DNA of 64,000 bases from Bacilli bacterium (lineage in GTDB: Bacteria > Bacillota_I > Bacilli_A > RF39 > UBA660). Position 1 is the first letter of the stretch, and each line of letters opens with the position of its first letter. Shown here one piece after another: positions 38,021 through 47,627 of the stretch. Under the pieces are notes generated by a model, which was not told where the DNA came from, ran no database searches, and was given only the letters and a program-made list of their open reading frames with translations. The stretch lies in NCBI GenBank assembly GCA_017511945.1, contig JAFWHR010000001.1, forward strand, positions 16,654-80,653. The letters run 5' to 3'. The position numbers and the translations under genes are program-made.

Positions 38021-39157
38021 TCACGCCTGTTCGTGACTGTTTTCTTTTATTATCTTATATTTGTCATTCCAAAACATTAGAATAGTTTTTACTGAGGCTA
38101 TTATAGGTGTAGATATTAGCATGCCTATTATTCCAAAGAAGTGTCCAAACAGTAATAGACCTAATATAATTGTTACTGGATGAAGTTTTGTCGTTTTTGA
38201 CATGATGTATGGCTGAAGGAAATTGCCTTCTAAAAATTGTATTACGAATATTACTATTAGACAGAATATTCCAATTAGTGGATCTTGAGTAAATCCTACT
38301 AGTACTGCTGGAGCCCCTCCTATATATGGTCCTGCATAAGGTATTATGTTTGTAAGACCGCAAAATAATCCAAACAGAACTGGAGCTTTTAGGCCACATA
38401 TCCATAGACCGATAGATGACAGTATGAATATTATAGTGCAGTCTATTATAGCTCCTCTTACATAACTTCTAAGTGATATATTGACTTTATCTAATATATT
38501 TACTGTCTCTTTCCTGTATTTTTTTGGTATGAAGTTAAACAGTTTTGATGAACTGTCAAAGTTAACTATTAAGAAAAATCCGATGATTAATCCAAGGATA
38601 AATGTTCCTATATACGATATCATTTTAGATACAAAACCTATAAAGTTTTTTGGCATTGTAGTTGTGATATTTGACGTAATATCATTTACATATGTCATGA
38701 ACTGTGATTTCATCTTTACGCCATCTAATCCCATTTTACTTAGGTGTTTAAATACATCGCTTGCCCAGTCTTTTACTTCATCAACTACTTCAGGAACCGT
38801 CTTTATAAAATCCTGTGTTTGATCTATCAGTAGTGGTACTAGTGAATATATAACCAGGAATAGACATAAAAATATAAGTACATAGGTTATAACGGAGCCC
38901 CAAAATCTCTTTATTTTTTTCTTTTCTAACCATTTTACAAATGGATCAAATAGCCAGGCTATTAGTAATCCTATAAAGAGTGGTGAGACTACTTTGATAA
39001 TTGTTTTTAAAATGTATAATATCTTAGTCTCTTTAAATATAATTACTACTATGTAAACTCCAAGAGCAATCAGCAAAAGATATAGAACTTTTAATACTTT
39101 AGAAGATAGGTCAATTACTTCACCTAATTTCTTTTTTTTGTTAAACATTTTAAACAC
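38021..39157 (-). CDS. AI-2E family transporter (PerM/YhhT-like permease)
   Basis: 378 aa with about eight TM helices in the typical AI-2E arrangement. Overlaps the frr start by 8 nt. Confidence 0.65.
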   Translation of the reverse strand: MFKMFNKKKKLGEVIDLSSKVLKVLYLLLIALGVYIVVIIFKETKILYILKTIIKVVSPLFIGLLIAWLFDPFVKWLEKKKIKRFWGSVITYVLIFLCLFLVIYSLVPLLIDQTQDFIKTVPEVVDEVKDWASDVFKHLSKMGLDGVKMKSQFMTYVNDITSNITTTMPKNFIGFVSKMISYIGTFILGLIIGFFLIVNFDSSSKLFNFIPKKYRKETVNILDKVNISLRSYVRGAIIDCTIIFILSSIGLWICGLKAPVLFGLFCGLTNIIPYAGPYIGGAPAVLVGFTQDPLIGIFCLIVIFVIQFLEGNFLQPYIMSKTTKLHPVTIILGLLLFGHFFGIIGMLISTPIIASVKTILMFWNDKYKIIKENSHEQA

Positions 39158-39692
39158 TTAACAGATCTTTTTCTTTTTCTTTTGTCTTTTCGTCTACTAT
39201 TTTATTATATTTATTAATTAAATCTTGAATATCATCCATTTTGTTTTCTTTTTCATCTTCTGTAAAACTATCATTTTTCTTGATGTCGTTATTGGCATCT
39301 TGTCTGATATTTCTAAGGTTTATTTTGCACTCTTCAGAAATCTGTTTTACTTCTTTAACGTACTCTTTTCTAGTCTCTTCTGTTAAAGCGGGAATGTTTA
39401 ATGTTATTACATCTCCATTGTTATTTGGTGTAAGTCCTATATTTGACTCATATATTCCCTTTTCGATATCACTTAAACTACCTTTATCAAATGGTTTTAT
39501 CATGAGCTGTCTTGCTTCAGGGATAGAAATTGTAGCTAGTGATTTTAGTGGTGTTTGGGTTCCATAATAGTTAACCATAACTTTATCTAATATTGCGGGG
39601 TTTGCTCTTCCTGCTCTTACGTTTGAAAAACGTCTTTCCATAGTTTCTATTGCCTTTTCCATTTTTGTTTTAACATCATTTGAATAATCCAT
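39150..39692 (-). CDS. frr: ribosome recycling factor
   Basis: 180 aa (MEKAIETMERRFSNVRAGRANPAILDKVMVNYYGTQTPLKSLATISIPEARQLMIKPFD...). Confidence 0.9.
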   Translation of the reverse strand: MDYSNDVKTKMEKAIETMERRFSNVRAGRANPAILDKVMVNYYGTQTPLKSLATISIPEARQLMIKPFDKGSLSDIEKGIYESNIGLTPNNNGDVITLNIPALTEETRKEYVKEVKQISEECKINLRNIRQDANNDIKKNDSFTEDEKENKMDDIQDLINKYNKIVDEKTKEKEKDLLSV

Positions 39693-39706
39693 TTTTTTAC
39701 CTCTTT

Positions 39707-40225
39707 CTATATAGTTTTAGCAGTTTGATATATCATATTTTCATTTGGAAAGTTGTAGCTGTCATCTACTCTTTCTTCTAGATCTTTTAATATGTTTTGA
39801 AGTTTTCTCTTGCCATTTTTAAAAACGTTTGTATGAAGTTCAATTGTTCTTCCAGTATTTTTACACAAATTATCCATTTCTTTTTTAAATTCTACAAGTC
39901 TTTCAAATTGATACGTATTGATAACGTCTGGAATGTAGATAATTTCAAAACTTCCGTTCATCATTAAGATGGCAACTGCCTTTCTTTTATTTAAATCATC
40001 TGGAAATGATTCTTCAATATTAAATGTTACATCAAAGTCGTCATATAATACTTCCATTATCTTTTTTGCAGCATCTGCATGACTCAAGGTTGGAACTGTT
40101 ATTTCTTGAGATGGGGTTATAACTCTTAAGGCTGCTCCATATTTAGATTTTCCTGAAAATAAGTTTTCAAAATCAAATTCGGTTTCAAGCCCTCTTAACT
40201 CTTCAATTTTTTGGTTTTTTTCCAT
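39707..40225 (-). CDS. hypothetical protein
   Basis: 172-aa ORF with no motif recognised. Not part of the usual frr neighbourhood. Confidence 0.35.
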   Translation of the reverse strand: MEKNQKIEELRGLETEFDFENLFSGKSKYGAALRVITPSQEITVPTLSHADAAKKIMEVLYDDFDVTFNIEESFPDDLNKRKAVAILMMNGSFEIIYIPDVINTYQFERLVEFKKEMDNLCKNTGRTIELHTNVFKNGKRKLQNILKDLEERVDDSYNFPNENMIYQTAKTI

Positions 40226-40239
40226 AATAACACCTCTCC

Positions 40240-40860
40240 CTATAACGAAATGTTTTGCCTTAGTTTTAATCTCTTTGTATCACTTACTCCTTTTTGTACT
40301 ACGGCATTCTCATCTCTCACTTTAATTTTATCATAAACCATACTGATTATACTAGTAAAATCTTCAAGAAAGTTGAACATTTTTACATTTTCTCTATCTT
40401 TGGCACAGACGCATACTACTATTTCCTTTTTCCCCTTTTGTTTTAAATAATCATTTATTCTAATTAAGCTGTCATACATTTCAAATAGTTTACTAAGTTG
40501 ATATTTATTTATTTTTTGTGGCATCCATATGAGTGAGTAGTATTTTGACATAAGCTGGATGCATATATTATTTAGTTCTAACGATGTTTCTCTATAATCA
40601 TAATTATTTTTCTTGTATATTTCATAAAAATTGTCATATAGTGCATCGTAAACTTTTTCAACTAAGTATTCATGCTTTCCATAGTTATAGCAGTAAAATG
40701 TCTGACTTTCTGTAATTATTCCAAGGCCACTGTTTACTATTTCGCTTGTGTTTATATTTTGAAGATAAAATTCAAATATATCAAATGTTTCATTTTGGCT
40801 TTGTATCTCTTTTCTTACTTCTTTTAGTGAAGAGATATTTTCTATATTTTTCATATTCAC
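40240..40860 (-). CDS. hypothetical protein
   Basis: 206-aa ORF with no motif recognised. Adjacent to the IS element. Confidence 0.35.
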   Translation of the reverse strand: MNMKNIENISSLKEVRKEIQSQNETFDIFEFYLQNINTSEIVNSGLGIITESQTFYCYNYGKHEYLVEKVYDALYDNFYEIYKKNNYDYRETSLELNNICIQLMSKYYSLIWMPQKINKYQLSKLFEMYDSLIRINDYLKQKGKKEIVVCVCAKDRENVKMFNFLEDFTSIISMVYDKIKVRDENAVVQKGVSDTKRLKLRQNISL

Positions 40861-40978
40861 CTCTTTTGGCTATATATTCTACCATTTTAATCACTTATTT
40901 ACAAATTTTTTACAATTAAAAGATGGACTAAAGCCTAAAGTGTACCCAATGTCAAGGACTAAATAAAAAAGAGAGAAT

Positions 40979-41827
40979 CTAGGCAATGGATGCAAATAGA
41001 TGATTTCTGTATTGTACAGGAGTCATCTTTTTTAAATTCCATTGATATCTGTAATTATTATAATATTCAATATAATCTTTTATTTCATTACATACATCTC
41101 TAAATGTGAAGCAAGTATCTAAGTTCAATTCATCTTTCATATGACCAAAATAAGATTCCTGAGGTGCATTATCCCAACAATTTCCTCTTCTAGACATAGA
41201 TTGCCCTATATTATATTTTTTTAATAAACTATGAAACTTTGGACTTGTATAATGCACACCTTGATCTGAATGAATTATAACATTTTCATTTAATACTAAA
41301 TTCCTTTTACGATGTAGTTTTTTAATTGTCTCTAAAGAAATATCCAATGTCATGTTTTCACTTATGTAATAAGAAAGTATTTCGTTAGTTTCAGCATCTT
41401 TAATAGTTGATAAATAACACTTCTTATTATCACCATAAAATAGATATGTTATATCGGTTAAAAGTACATTATATGGGATTCCCGTTTTAAATACACGATT
41501 AACAATATTTTTACAAGTAGTATGTTCTTGTGTTGCCTTCATCATTCTTCTATATGGATTAGCTTGTCTTATTGGACATTTTAATCCATATTTCTTCATT
41601 AATCTTCTTATTTTCTTAAGATTAAAATGAGTATTGAATTCATTATCAAGCACCATCATTATTTGCCTAGCCCCTTTTTTACGTTTTTTAAATTTGTATG
41701 CTTTCAATATTAATTCAAAATTTTTTTGGTCTTTATTATCTCTCTCAATTCTTTTATCTTCATTTTTCAAATAATTATAATATCCTGATTTAGAAACTCC
41801 AATACATTTACATAAATATGAGGTCAT
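40979..41827 (-). CDS. IS3-family transposase OrfB (DDE integrase core)
   Basis: 282 aa with an rve-type integrase catalytic domain (HSDQGVHYTS ... E). Reading in the same frame upstream of its ATG gives an open frame up to the slippery site. Confidence 0.85.
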   Translation of the reverse strand: MTSYLCKCIGVSKSGYYNYLKNEDKRIERDNKDQKNFELILKAYKFKKRKKGARQIMMVLDNEFNTHFNLKKIRRLMKKYGLKCPIRQANPYRRMMKATQEHTTCKNIVNRVFKTGIPYNVLLTDITYLFYGDNKKCYLSTIKDAETNEILSYYISENMTLDISLETIKKLHRKRNLVLNENVIIHSDQGVHYTSPKFHSLLKKYNIGQSMSRRGNCWDNAPQESYFGHMKDELNLDTCFTFRDVCNEIKDYIEYYNNYRYQWNLKKMTPVQYRNHLFASIA

Positions 41828-41859
41828 CCCTACTAATTTATATTTATCAATTACATATT

Positions 41860-42330
41860 TTATTGTTTCAAATTTGATATTGATTTGATATCTGTTACAA
41901 TGCCCATTTCTATCAGTTCGTTTTTTTTTAATAATTCATTTTCTGCCTCTAGTAATTTAATTTTAGCTTCAGCTCGTTCAAGTTTTTCTTTATCGGATAA
42001 TTCTCTTTCAAGAGTGCGACCAGACTTAGTTTTTCTAGTATCTATTATTTCTCCAGTACTTTTAAGTTGTTTTCTCCATCGATATGCACAATTTTGTATC
42101 CTTATAATTCCAACAATTTCAGGTTCAATACCACATTCGCTAAACACATCTTGAGGGAACTTATTATAATTTTCACATTCTTTTACCAATTTATATTTAA
42201 ATTCATTGGTATAAGTTATTCCTTTATTTGTAATGTTTTTTATCCATTTGTTTTTTTTTAATTTCTTTACTTGAGCATCTGTAAATAATATTTTAGACAT
42301 TATTACCACCAACTTTCTTATATTATACAA
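41860..42330 (-). CDS. IS3-family transposase OrfA (HTH, leucine zipper)
   Basis: 156 aa. HTH region followed by coiled coil LERAEAKIKLLEAENELLKKNELI. Ends at the frameshift window. Confidence 0.85.
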   Translation of the reverse strand: MYNIRKLVVIMSKILFTDAQVKKLKKNKWIKNITNKGITYTNEFKYKLVKECENYNKFPQDVFSECGIEPEIVGIIRIQNCAYRWRKQLKSTGEIIDTRKTKSGRTLERELSDKEKLERAEAKIKLLEAENELLKKNELIEMGIVTDIKSISNLKQ

Positions 42331-42345
42331 TAAGACATAATAAAA

Positions 42346-42395
42346 ACCTATAAAGTGGGTCTCTCTTTTTTTTAGAGTCCACTTTATAGGTTACA
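42346..42395 (-). terminator. strong hairpin terminator for the gene at 42411..42878
   Basis: A 14-bp perfect stem aacctataaagtgg/ccactttataggtt with a 20-nt loop. On the minus strand it is followed by ttttta. It sits directly beside the IS end. Confidence 0.55.
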
Positions 42396-42410
42396 TTTTA
42401 ATAGGTTATC

Positions 42411-42878
42411 TCATTTTTTTAACTTTTTAGTTATATCACCTAAACCACAAACTAAAGGTAAAAAACTTACACATAATATACCTTCACTAATTATAAACAT
42501 AACTTTAGCAGTATATATAAACTCATTAGAAATAGTATTATTATATATCTTAAGAGATTTCTCTTTTAACTCTTCCCTATTAATTTCAAAACACTTGCCA
42601 TCCTTTTCAAATATCAAATACTCATCACTACTATTTAACATATCAAAGTATTCATCTATAGAAAAAACAAATTCATATACCACGCCATCAGCAAAAGTCT
42701 TAATAAAAGCTATATCAGGTTCAAAAGTAAAATCTAGAGGATTAACTATAAAAGAAATATAATCATTCTCCCTAAACTTAATCATATAATCATTTGATTT
42801 ATAATTTTGACAACCCTTCAAAAATAAAGAACCTGCAATTAAAACAGAAAAAACCTTCTTATCTAAACTGTATTTCAA
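42411..42878 (-). CDS. putative lipoprotein, unknown function
   Basis: 155 aa with a signal peptide and lipobox-like LFLKGC. Confidence 0.4.
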   Translation of the reverse strand: MKYSLDKKVFSVLIAGSLFLKGCQNYKSNDYMIKFRENDYISFIVNPLDFTFEPDIAFIKTFADGVVYEFVFSIDEYFDMLNSSDEYLIFEKDGKCFEINREELKEKSLKIYNNTISNEFIYTAKVMFIISEGILCVSFLPLVCGLGDITKKLKK

Positions 42879-42926
42879 TATACCCCTCTAAATATATTAT
42901 ATTCAGAAAAGTTAATATAAGTTCAT

Positions 42927-44111
42927 CTATTTTTCATATACCCCTATAGAAATGTCATCATTAAATTCAAACTCAGTATTAGTAATAACTCTTCTAATAC
43001 CTTTATCACTAAAATAAGAATAATTATTTCCATCCTTAAAATAGATTTTATCTTTTAAATAAACAATATCAGTAAGTTTACTAGTTTTAAAAATAAAAGT
43101 TTTAACGTCATCCCTCTTATCCATCATATAAACTAAATAATCATCACCATTTTTCTTATATAGATAATAATTGCCAAATATCTCATCAATCTTATCGTAT
43201 CCTTTAATATCATATTTATTCTCAAACTTTTTTTCAGATAAAGCTTCATTTAAAGATATAACAGTCCATTTACCATTATAGTATTTAATGTTATCCTTAT
43301 CACCTATCATTTCAACTTCTTCATTTTTAATATCTATAGAATATTGCTTTTTATTTTCCTTATCAAAAAGATATACCTTACCATCTACTGCTCCCATAAT
43401 ATAACTGTCAAAAGAAATATCATCATAACTTCTAATATTCTTCTTCTCACCATTGACAATATTCACTAAAATAAAATTCTTAAAAGAAAATTCACTATTG
43501 TAATCCGCACATAAATAATACTTATCAGTAAAAATGCTGATTGGTTTCTTATATACATCCTTATCAAACAATCTAACAGAAGCATCCTTACTATTAAATA
43601 AAGTAAGGCCAGTATAAGATTCTAATGCTAAATAATTATCATTAGATAAGTTGTTTTTATACAAAGTTGTCGTAGGAGAAACCGTTATCTCTTCCCCATT
43701 ATCATCAAATCTTTTAGAATTATAACCGTACTTTTGAAAATAATTATCAACTAAAGAATCATCTAAACTACCAGCAAAATATAAAACATCATCTTTTAAA
43801 CATAAAACATCAGTCAAAACTTTATTACCTTTAAAGATAGGTAAAAAACACTCTCTACCAGAGATATTTTTATTATATAATTTAGTTAAAACCTTCTCCT
43901 CTTTATTATAATTATGAGACATTTTAAAACTTAAATGATTATTCTCACCATTTAAAATAAAAAAGTACCCTTCTTTATCTAAAATCTCTTTAACTGAATA
44001 ATTACCAACATTATAGTTGACAATATGACCATCATCTAAAAGAAAAATGACCCAATTAAGAACTAAATAAACTATTAAAAATATACCCAAACACTTTAAT
44101 AAAAACTTCAT
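42927..44111 (-). CDS. membrane-anchored extracellular protein, unknown function
   Basis: 394 aa. One N-terminal TM helix, then a Tyr/Asn/Lys-rich beta-rich ectodomain. Confidence 0.4.
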   Translation of the reverse strand: MKFLLKCLGIFLIVYLVLNWVIFLLDDGHIVNYNVGNYSVKEILDKEGYFFILNGENNHLSFKMSHNYNKEEKVLTKLYNKNISGRECFLPIFKGNKVLTDVLCLKDDVLYFAGSLDDSLVDNYFQKYGYNSKRFDDNGEEITVSPTTTLYKNNLSNDNYLALESYTGLTLFNSKDASVRLFDKDVYKKPISIFTDKYYLCADYNSEFSFKNFILVNIVNGEKKNIRSYDDISFDSYIMGAVDGKVYLFDKENKKQYSIDIKNEEVEMIGDKDNIKYYNGKWTVISLNEALSEKKFENKYDIKGYDKIDEIFGNYYLYKKNGDDYLVYMMDKRDDVKTFIFKTSKLTDIVYLKDKIYFKDGNNYSYFSDKGIRRVITNTEFEFNDDISIGVYEK

Positions 44112-44144
44112 AAAACATCCTCCAATTTAGAATTAAAAAGGAGA

Positions 44145-44651
44145 TTATAACTCTCCATTTTTAGAAATCTCTTTAAGTTCATTTTCCATTGATTCAACAT
44201 CCTTTGTTGTACTCTCATCACCAAGTTCAAGTTGTCTTTTTTTCTGAATCATATATTTAGTTAAAACAGTTTCTATCTCTTTAATCGCACCCCTTGATAA
44301 ATTAGATAAATATACCTGCTCTTTAACTGTATCAATTATAGCCTTACCCCATATAAGTCCAACACTCAAAGTTAAATCATTGAACATATCAGGAGTAATA
44401 CTGTAGTAAAAATAACCATAAAACAGTCTCTTTTGAGCAAGTACAATTCTTTTATCAGTTACAACAAATATAAAAGTTGAAAAAATATTAAAAGAATTCG
44501 GATCTTTTTGACAGGCAAATGCATAGAGAATCTCCTCATCACCATTAATTAATTCAGATGCCAGTTTCGCATGAGATTTTAGTCTCCAAGAAATCGTTCC
44601 AGGAAATCTCCTCTCAAAATCCTTAGCCATTTCATAAATCTTATTTTCCAA
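44145..44651 (-). CDS. hypothetical cytoplasmic protein (possibly bacterial PH-like)
   Basis: 168 aa with no catalytic motif. The central hydrophobic hairpin resembles YokE-like bPH proteins, but this is weak. Confidence 0.3.
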   Translation of the reverse strand: MENKIYEMAKDFERRFPGTISWRLKSHAKLASELINGDEEILYAFACQKDPNSFNIFSTFIFVVTDKRIVLAQKRLFYGYFYYSITPDMFNDLTLSVGLIWGKAIIDTVKEQVYLSNLSRGAIKEIETVLTKYMIQKKRQLELGDESTTKDVESMENELKEISKNGEL

Positions 44652-44666
44652 AGTAGATCACCTCTT

Positions 44667-45548
44667 TTATAACAATTTATTTTTCTTTAGTGATTTCTCA
44701 ATTGTTTTCTTATTGTCATCATTAGGTTCAGTCAAAGGAAGTCTAGGTATGCCAACATCATATCCCATTAAATTTAAAGCGTACTTAACAGGTCCAGGAT
44801 TAACCTCTATAAATAGAGAATTTATTAAATCTATAGACTCTAATTGCATTCTCATAGAACTATCCTTATCACCATTAATATATGAAATAACCATATCATG
44901 AACATACTTAGGCATGACATTAGAAAGTACAGATATAACCCCTTTTCCACCTACAGATAAAATAGGAACTATCTGATCATCATTTCCAGAATAAATATCT
45001 AAATTATCTTTGCACATAGATGCAATTTTTACTACCTGAGACATATTTCCACTAGCTTCTTTTATTGCAACTATGTTATCTATTTTAGATAGTTCCAAAC
45101 AAGTCTCAGGAGTTATATTAACACCAGTTCTAGATGGAACATTGTACATAATTAAAGGAATACTTATACTACTAGCAATATTAGTATAGTGTTCTATAAG
45201 TCCTCTTTGAGTAGCTTTATTATAATAAGGAGTGACAACTAAAACACCATCAGCCCCTGCCTCCTCAGCATACTTAGACATATTAATAGCCTCCATTGTA
45301 TTATTACTTCCAGTCCCAGCTATTACCTTACATCTTCCTGAAACATTATCAATAACATACTTTATTACATTCTTCTTCTCTTCCTTACTCATAGTTGCAG
45401 ACTCACCAGTAGTACCACATACTATAATAGCATCAACTTTACCTTTTATCTGATCTTCTATAAGATTATCTAAAACGTCATAATTGACACCAGTTTCATC
45501 AAAAGGAGTAATCAAAGCAGTTCCACAACCTTCAAAAATAGACCTCAT
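44667..45548 (-). CDS. dapA: 4-hydroxy-tetrahydrodipicolinate synthase
   Basis: 293 aa. TIM-barrel Schiff-base lyase pattern (GTTGESATMS, catalytic Lys region IVAIKEASGN). Confidence 0.9.
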   Translation of the reverse strand: MRSIFEGCGTALITPFDETGVNYDVLDNLIEDQIKGKVDAIIVCGTTGESATMSKEEKKNVIKYVIDNVSGRCKVIAGTGSNNTMEAINMSKYAEEAGADGVLVVTPYYNKATQRGLIEHYTNIASSISIPLIMYNVPSRTGVNITPETCLELSKIDNIVAIKEASGNMSQVVKIASMCKDNLDIYSGNDDQIVPILSVGGKGVISVLSNVMPKYVHDMVISYINGDKDSSMRMQLESIDLINSLFIEVNPGPVKYALNLMGYDVGIPRLPLTEPNDDNKKTIEKSLKKNKLL

Positions 45549-45549
45549 A

Positions 45550-46827
45550 TTACTTCATCTCCTTAAAATAACCTACTATATCTTTAAAAGATACACTATC
45601 TTTAACCTGAGTTTTAGTATCCTCTACCTCATAACTATCACCATTAAACTTATTACCTAATACAATCATTTTAGGAGTTCCTAAGACATATACATCATTA
45701 ATTCTATTACCAATTCCTAAATTAGGCCTATCATCTATTATACAATTAATACCACCTTCATTTAATTCATCATATAACTTAAAAGCACTTTCTTCATTAG
45801 CCTCATTATATATAATCTGAACCTTATAAGGTGCGATATCATATGGTAGAGAAAATCCTTTTAACTTATCTTTAACTTTAACTATGTTATTTTCAATTAA
45901 ACAAGCAATAATTCTTCCAAGACCAATTCCATAACACCCCATATAATAAGGTTTTTTATTTTCATCTTCATCTATATAAAATAAATTCATACTCTCAGAA
46001 TACTTAGTTCCAAGTTGAAAATTATTTCCAAGTTCAACTGCATTAAACTCTTCTAAAGAACTAACATCTTTAATATTTAATCTCTCTAAATACTCATCTC
46101 TGTTTTCAAATTCCAAAACTTCCTTATTAATTCCAATATTCTGCTTTCTATCATATAAAAGAGTATCCTCACCAAGCTTAGTAGCAGCCTGAAATTCTTC
46201 AGCAACATTTCCACCAATAACACCATTATCACTTATAGTTGGAATAATATCTATGCCAAGTCTTTTAAAGATTTTCATATAAGCATCATGCATGTCATTA
46301 TAAGTTTTCTCCATGTCCTCTTTAGATTTATCAAAAGAATAAGCATCCATCATTACAAAAGTTCTAGGTCTAAACAAAAAACCTCTAGTCCTAATCTCTT
46401 TTCTAAATTTTTCACCTATCTGATAATAAATTGCCGGCATATTCTTATAAGATATAAGCCTATTTGCGCCAAATAAAGTAGCTGCTTCCTCAGCCGTAGG
46501 AGCAAGACCATATTCGCCTAAATTGTTATTTAAAGTAAACATAATATCCCCATCTTTAGTATACATATCCCATCTATTAGAAATATCCCAAATCTTTTTA
46601 GGTTGTAATTTAGGAAATTCAACTTGTATACATCCAACCTTATCCAACTCATCAATTATGACATTTTCAACATTTCTCTCTAACTTTGTCCATAGATTAC
46701 CATAGCCATATATACCACTTTCATATTGATATAATTCACCAATTTTCATTAGTATATCTTGACCAGTATAATTCTCATCAATATCATTCAAACTAATCTT
46801 TTTAATATTAAGTCTACTAAGTTTCAT
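45550..46827 (-). CDS. proS: proline--tRNA ligase, bacterial-type without INS editing domain
   Basis: 425 aa. Class II motif 2 (FRKEIRTRGFLFRPRTFVMMDAYSF) and motif 3 (YYMGCYGIGLGRIIACLIEN), followed by a C-terminal anticodon-binding domain. There is no ~180-aa insertion domain. Confidence 0.78.
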   Translation of the reverse strand: MKLSRLNIKKISLNDIDENYTGQDILMKIGELYQYESGIYGYGNLWTKLERNVENVIIDELDKVGCIQVEFPKLQPKKIWDISNRWDMYTKDGDIMFTLNNNLGEYGLAPTAEEAATLFGANRLISYKNMPAIYYQIGEKFRKEIRTRGFLFRPRTFVMMDAYSFDKSKEDMEKTYNDMHDAYMKIFKRLGIDIIPTISDNGVIGGNVAEEFQAATKLGEDTLLYDRKQNIGINKEVLEFENRDEYLERLNIKDVSSLEEFNAVELGNNFQLGTKYSESMNLFYIDEDENKKPYYMGCYGIGLGRIIACLIENNIVKVKDKLKGFSLPYDIAPYKVQIIYNEANEESAFKLYDELNEGGINCIIDDRPNLGIGNRINDVYVLGTPKMIVLGNKFNGDSYEVEDTKTQVKDSVSFKDIVGYFKEMK

Positions 46828-46834
46828 ATAAATA

Positions 46835-47060
46835 CCTCCAATTAATTAAAAAAAAATAGCCATAAGGAGTCTTAATATAGACGGTGCCATCCTTTAAAGT
46901 CACATAACGATTTTAAAAAATTTGCAATCCATATAAAGAAGGTAGCACCATAACTCACCATCACTTAAATTAACCATTATGACTTATCTAATTAGTATTC
47001 CTTCTTAAGTATTACAACTCATCTACTAGTAGTATAACATATTTTACTATTTAATAAAAC
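46835..47060 (-). promoter_or_regulatory. possible T-box leader upstream of proS (unverified)
   Basis: A 226-nt untranslated leader on the minus strand contains AAAGGATGGCACCGTC, matching the T-box consensus GGGTGGNACCGCG at 10/13. A U9 run follows about 20 nt later. I could not find convincing terminator or antiterminator pairing by eye. Confidence 0.3.
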
Positions 47061-47074
47061 TAATTATAACAAAA

Positions 47075-47581
47075 TTATACTTTAGGTTTATTTTTAATGA
47101 TAGATATACAATTACTGATAATTATAACTATCTCAAAAAATATAGATATATATGACTTATATATAATTGCATATATAAGCCAGCATATAAATGAAATAAG
47201 TCCAATAATTCTAATCAAATTCTCGCTATCAGTTAAAAATGATAAAATTACAATTTCCGATGCGATTAAAGGAAAAACAGAGTATATATTTTGAAATGTC
47301 ACAATATTTACAATAAGTAAAACTAAACAAAATAAAATAGTAGGTATAATTTTATATTTTAGATGATACTTCTCAAAGAAAAATATCACTGTTAGAGCGA
47401 GTAAACAAATTAAGTTACATATAGCGCCAGAGATGCCGTTTAAAAAATAATAGTGAAGCGAAAACATTATATAAGCAATTAACTGCATAAAAAGTATCTG
47501 AGTTTTATCTTTTTTAAAATAACTTAGAGATATAGTAGCAAACCCAACGGCTCCAATCAATTGAACTATTAAAAAATTCAT
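47075..47581 (-). CDS. small polytopic membrane protein
   Basis: 168 aa with five to six TM helices. Confidence 0.4.
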   Translation of the reverse strand: MNFLIVQLIGAVGFATISLSYFKKDKTQILFMQLIAYIMFSLHYYFLNGISGAICNLICLLALTVIFFFEKYHLKYKIIPTILFCLVLLIVNIVTFQNIYSVFPLIASEIVILSFLTDSENLIRIIGLISFICWLIYAIIYKSYISIFFEIVIIISNCISIIKNKPKV

Positions 47582-47627
47582 ATTAACACCTTTTTCTCAT
47601 AAAAAATTATAATCAAATTAAAAACAC

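Larger units (their letters stand above)
40950..42338 (-). mobile_element. IS3-family insertion sequence (IS150-like), apparently intact
   Basis: OrfA (HTH) and OrfB (DDE integrase) lie in the 0/-1 frame arrangement. The slippery site A AAA AAA (ttAAAAAAAaac) is in the orfA 3' end, and the orfB frame is open across the overlap. Imperfect terminal inverted repeats begin with TGTC. Ends are approximate. Confidence 0.8.

Noticed and set aside
38064-38405. 113-aa minus-strand ORF overlapping the AI-2E transporter gene in another frame
   Set aside because: It sits fully inside the longer, hydrophobic-periodic transporter ORF and has no independent signals.
45550-46827. Idea that the short class II synthetase is an amino-acid:carrier-protein ligase partnering the condensation-domain gene
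   Set aside because: It has ProRS-specific motifs 2 and 3 plus an anticodon-binding domain, and it is 14 kb from the C-domain gene. The parsimonious call is an INS-less proS.
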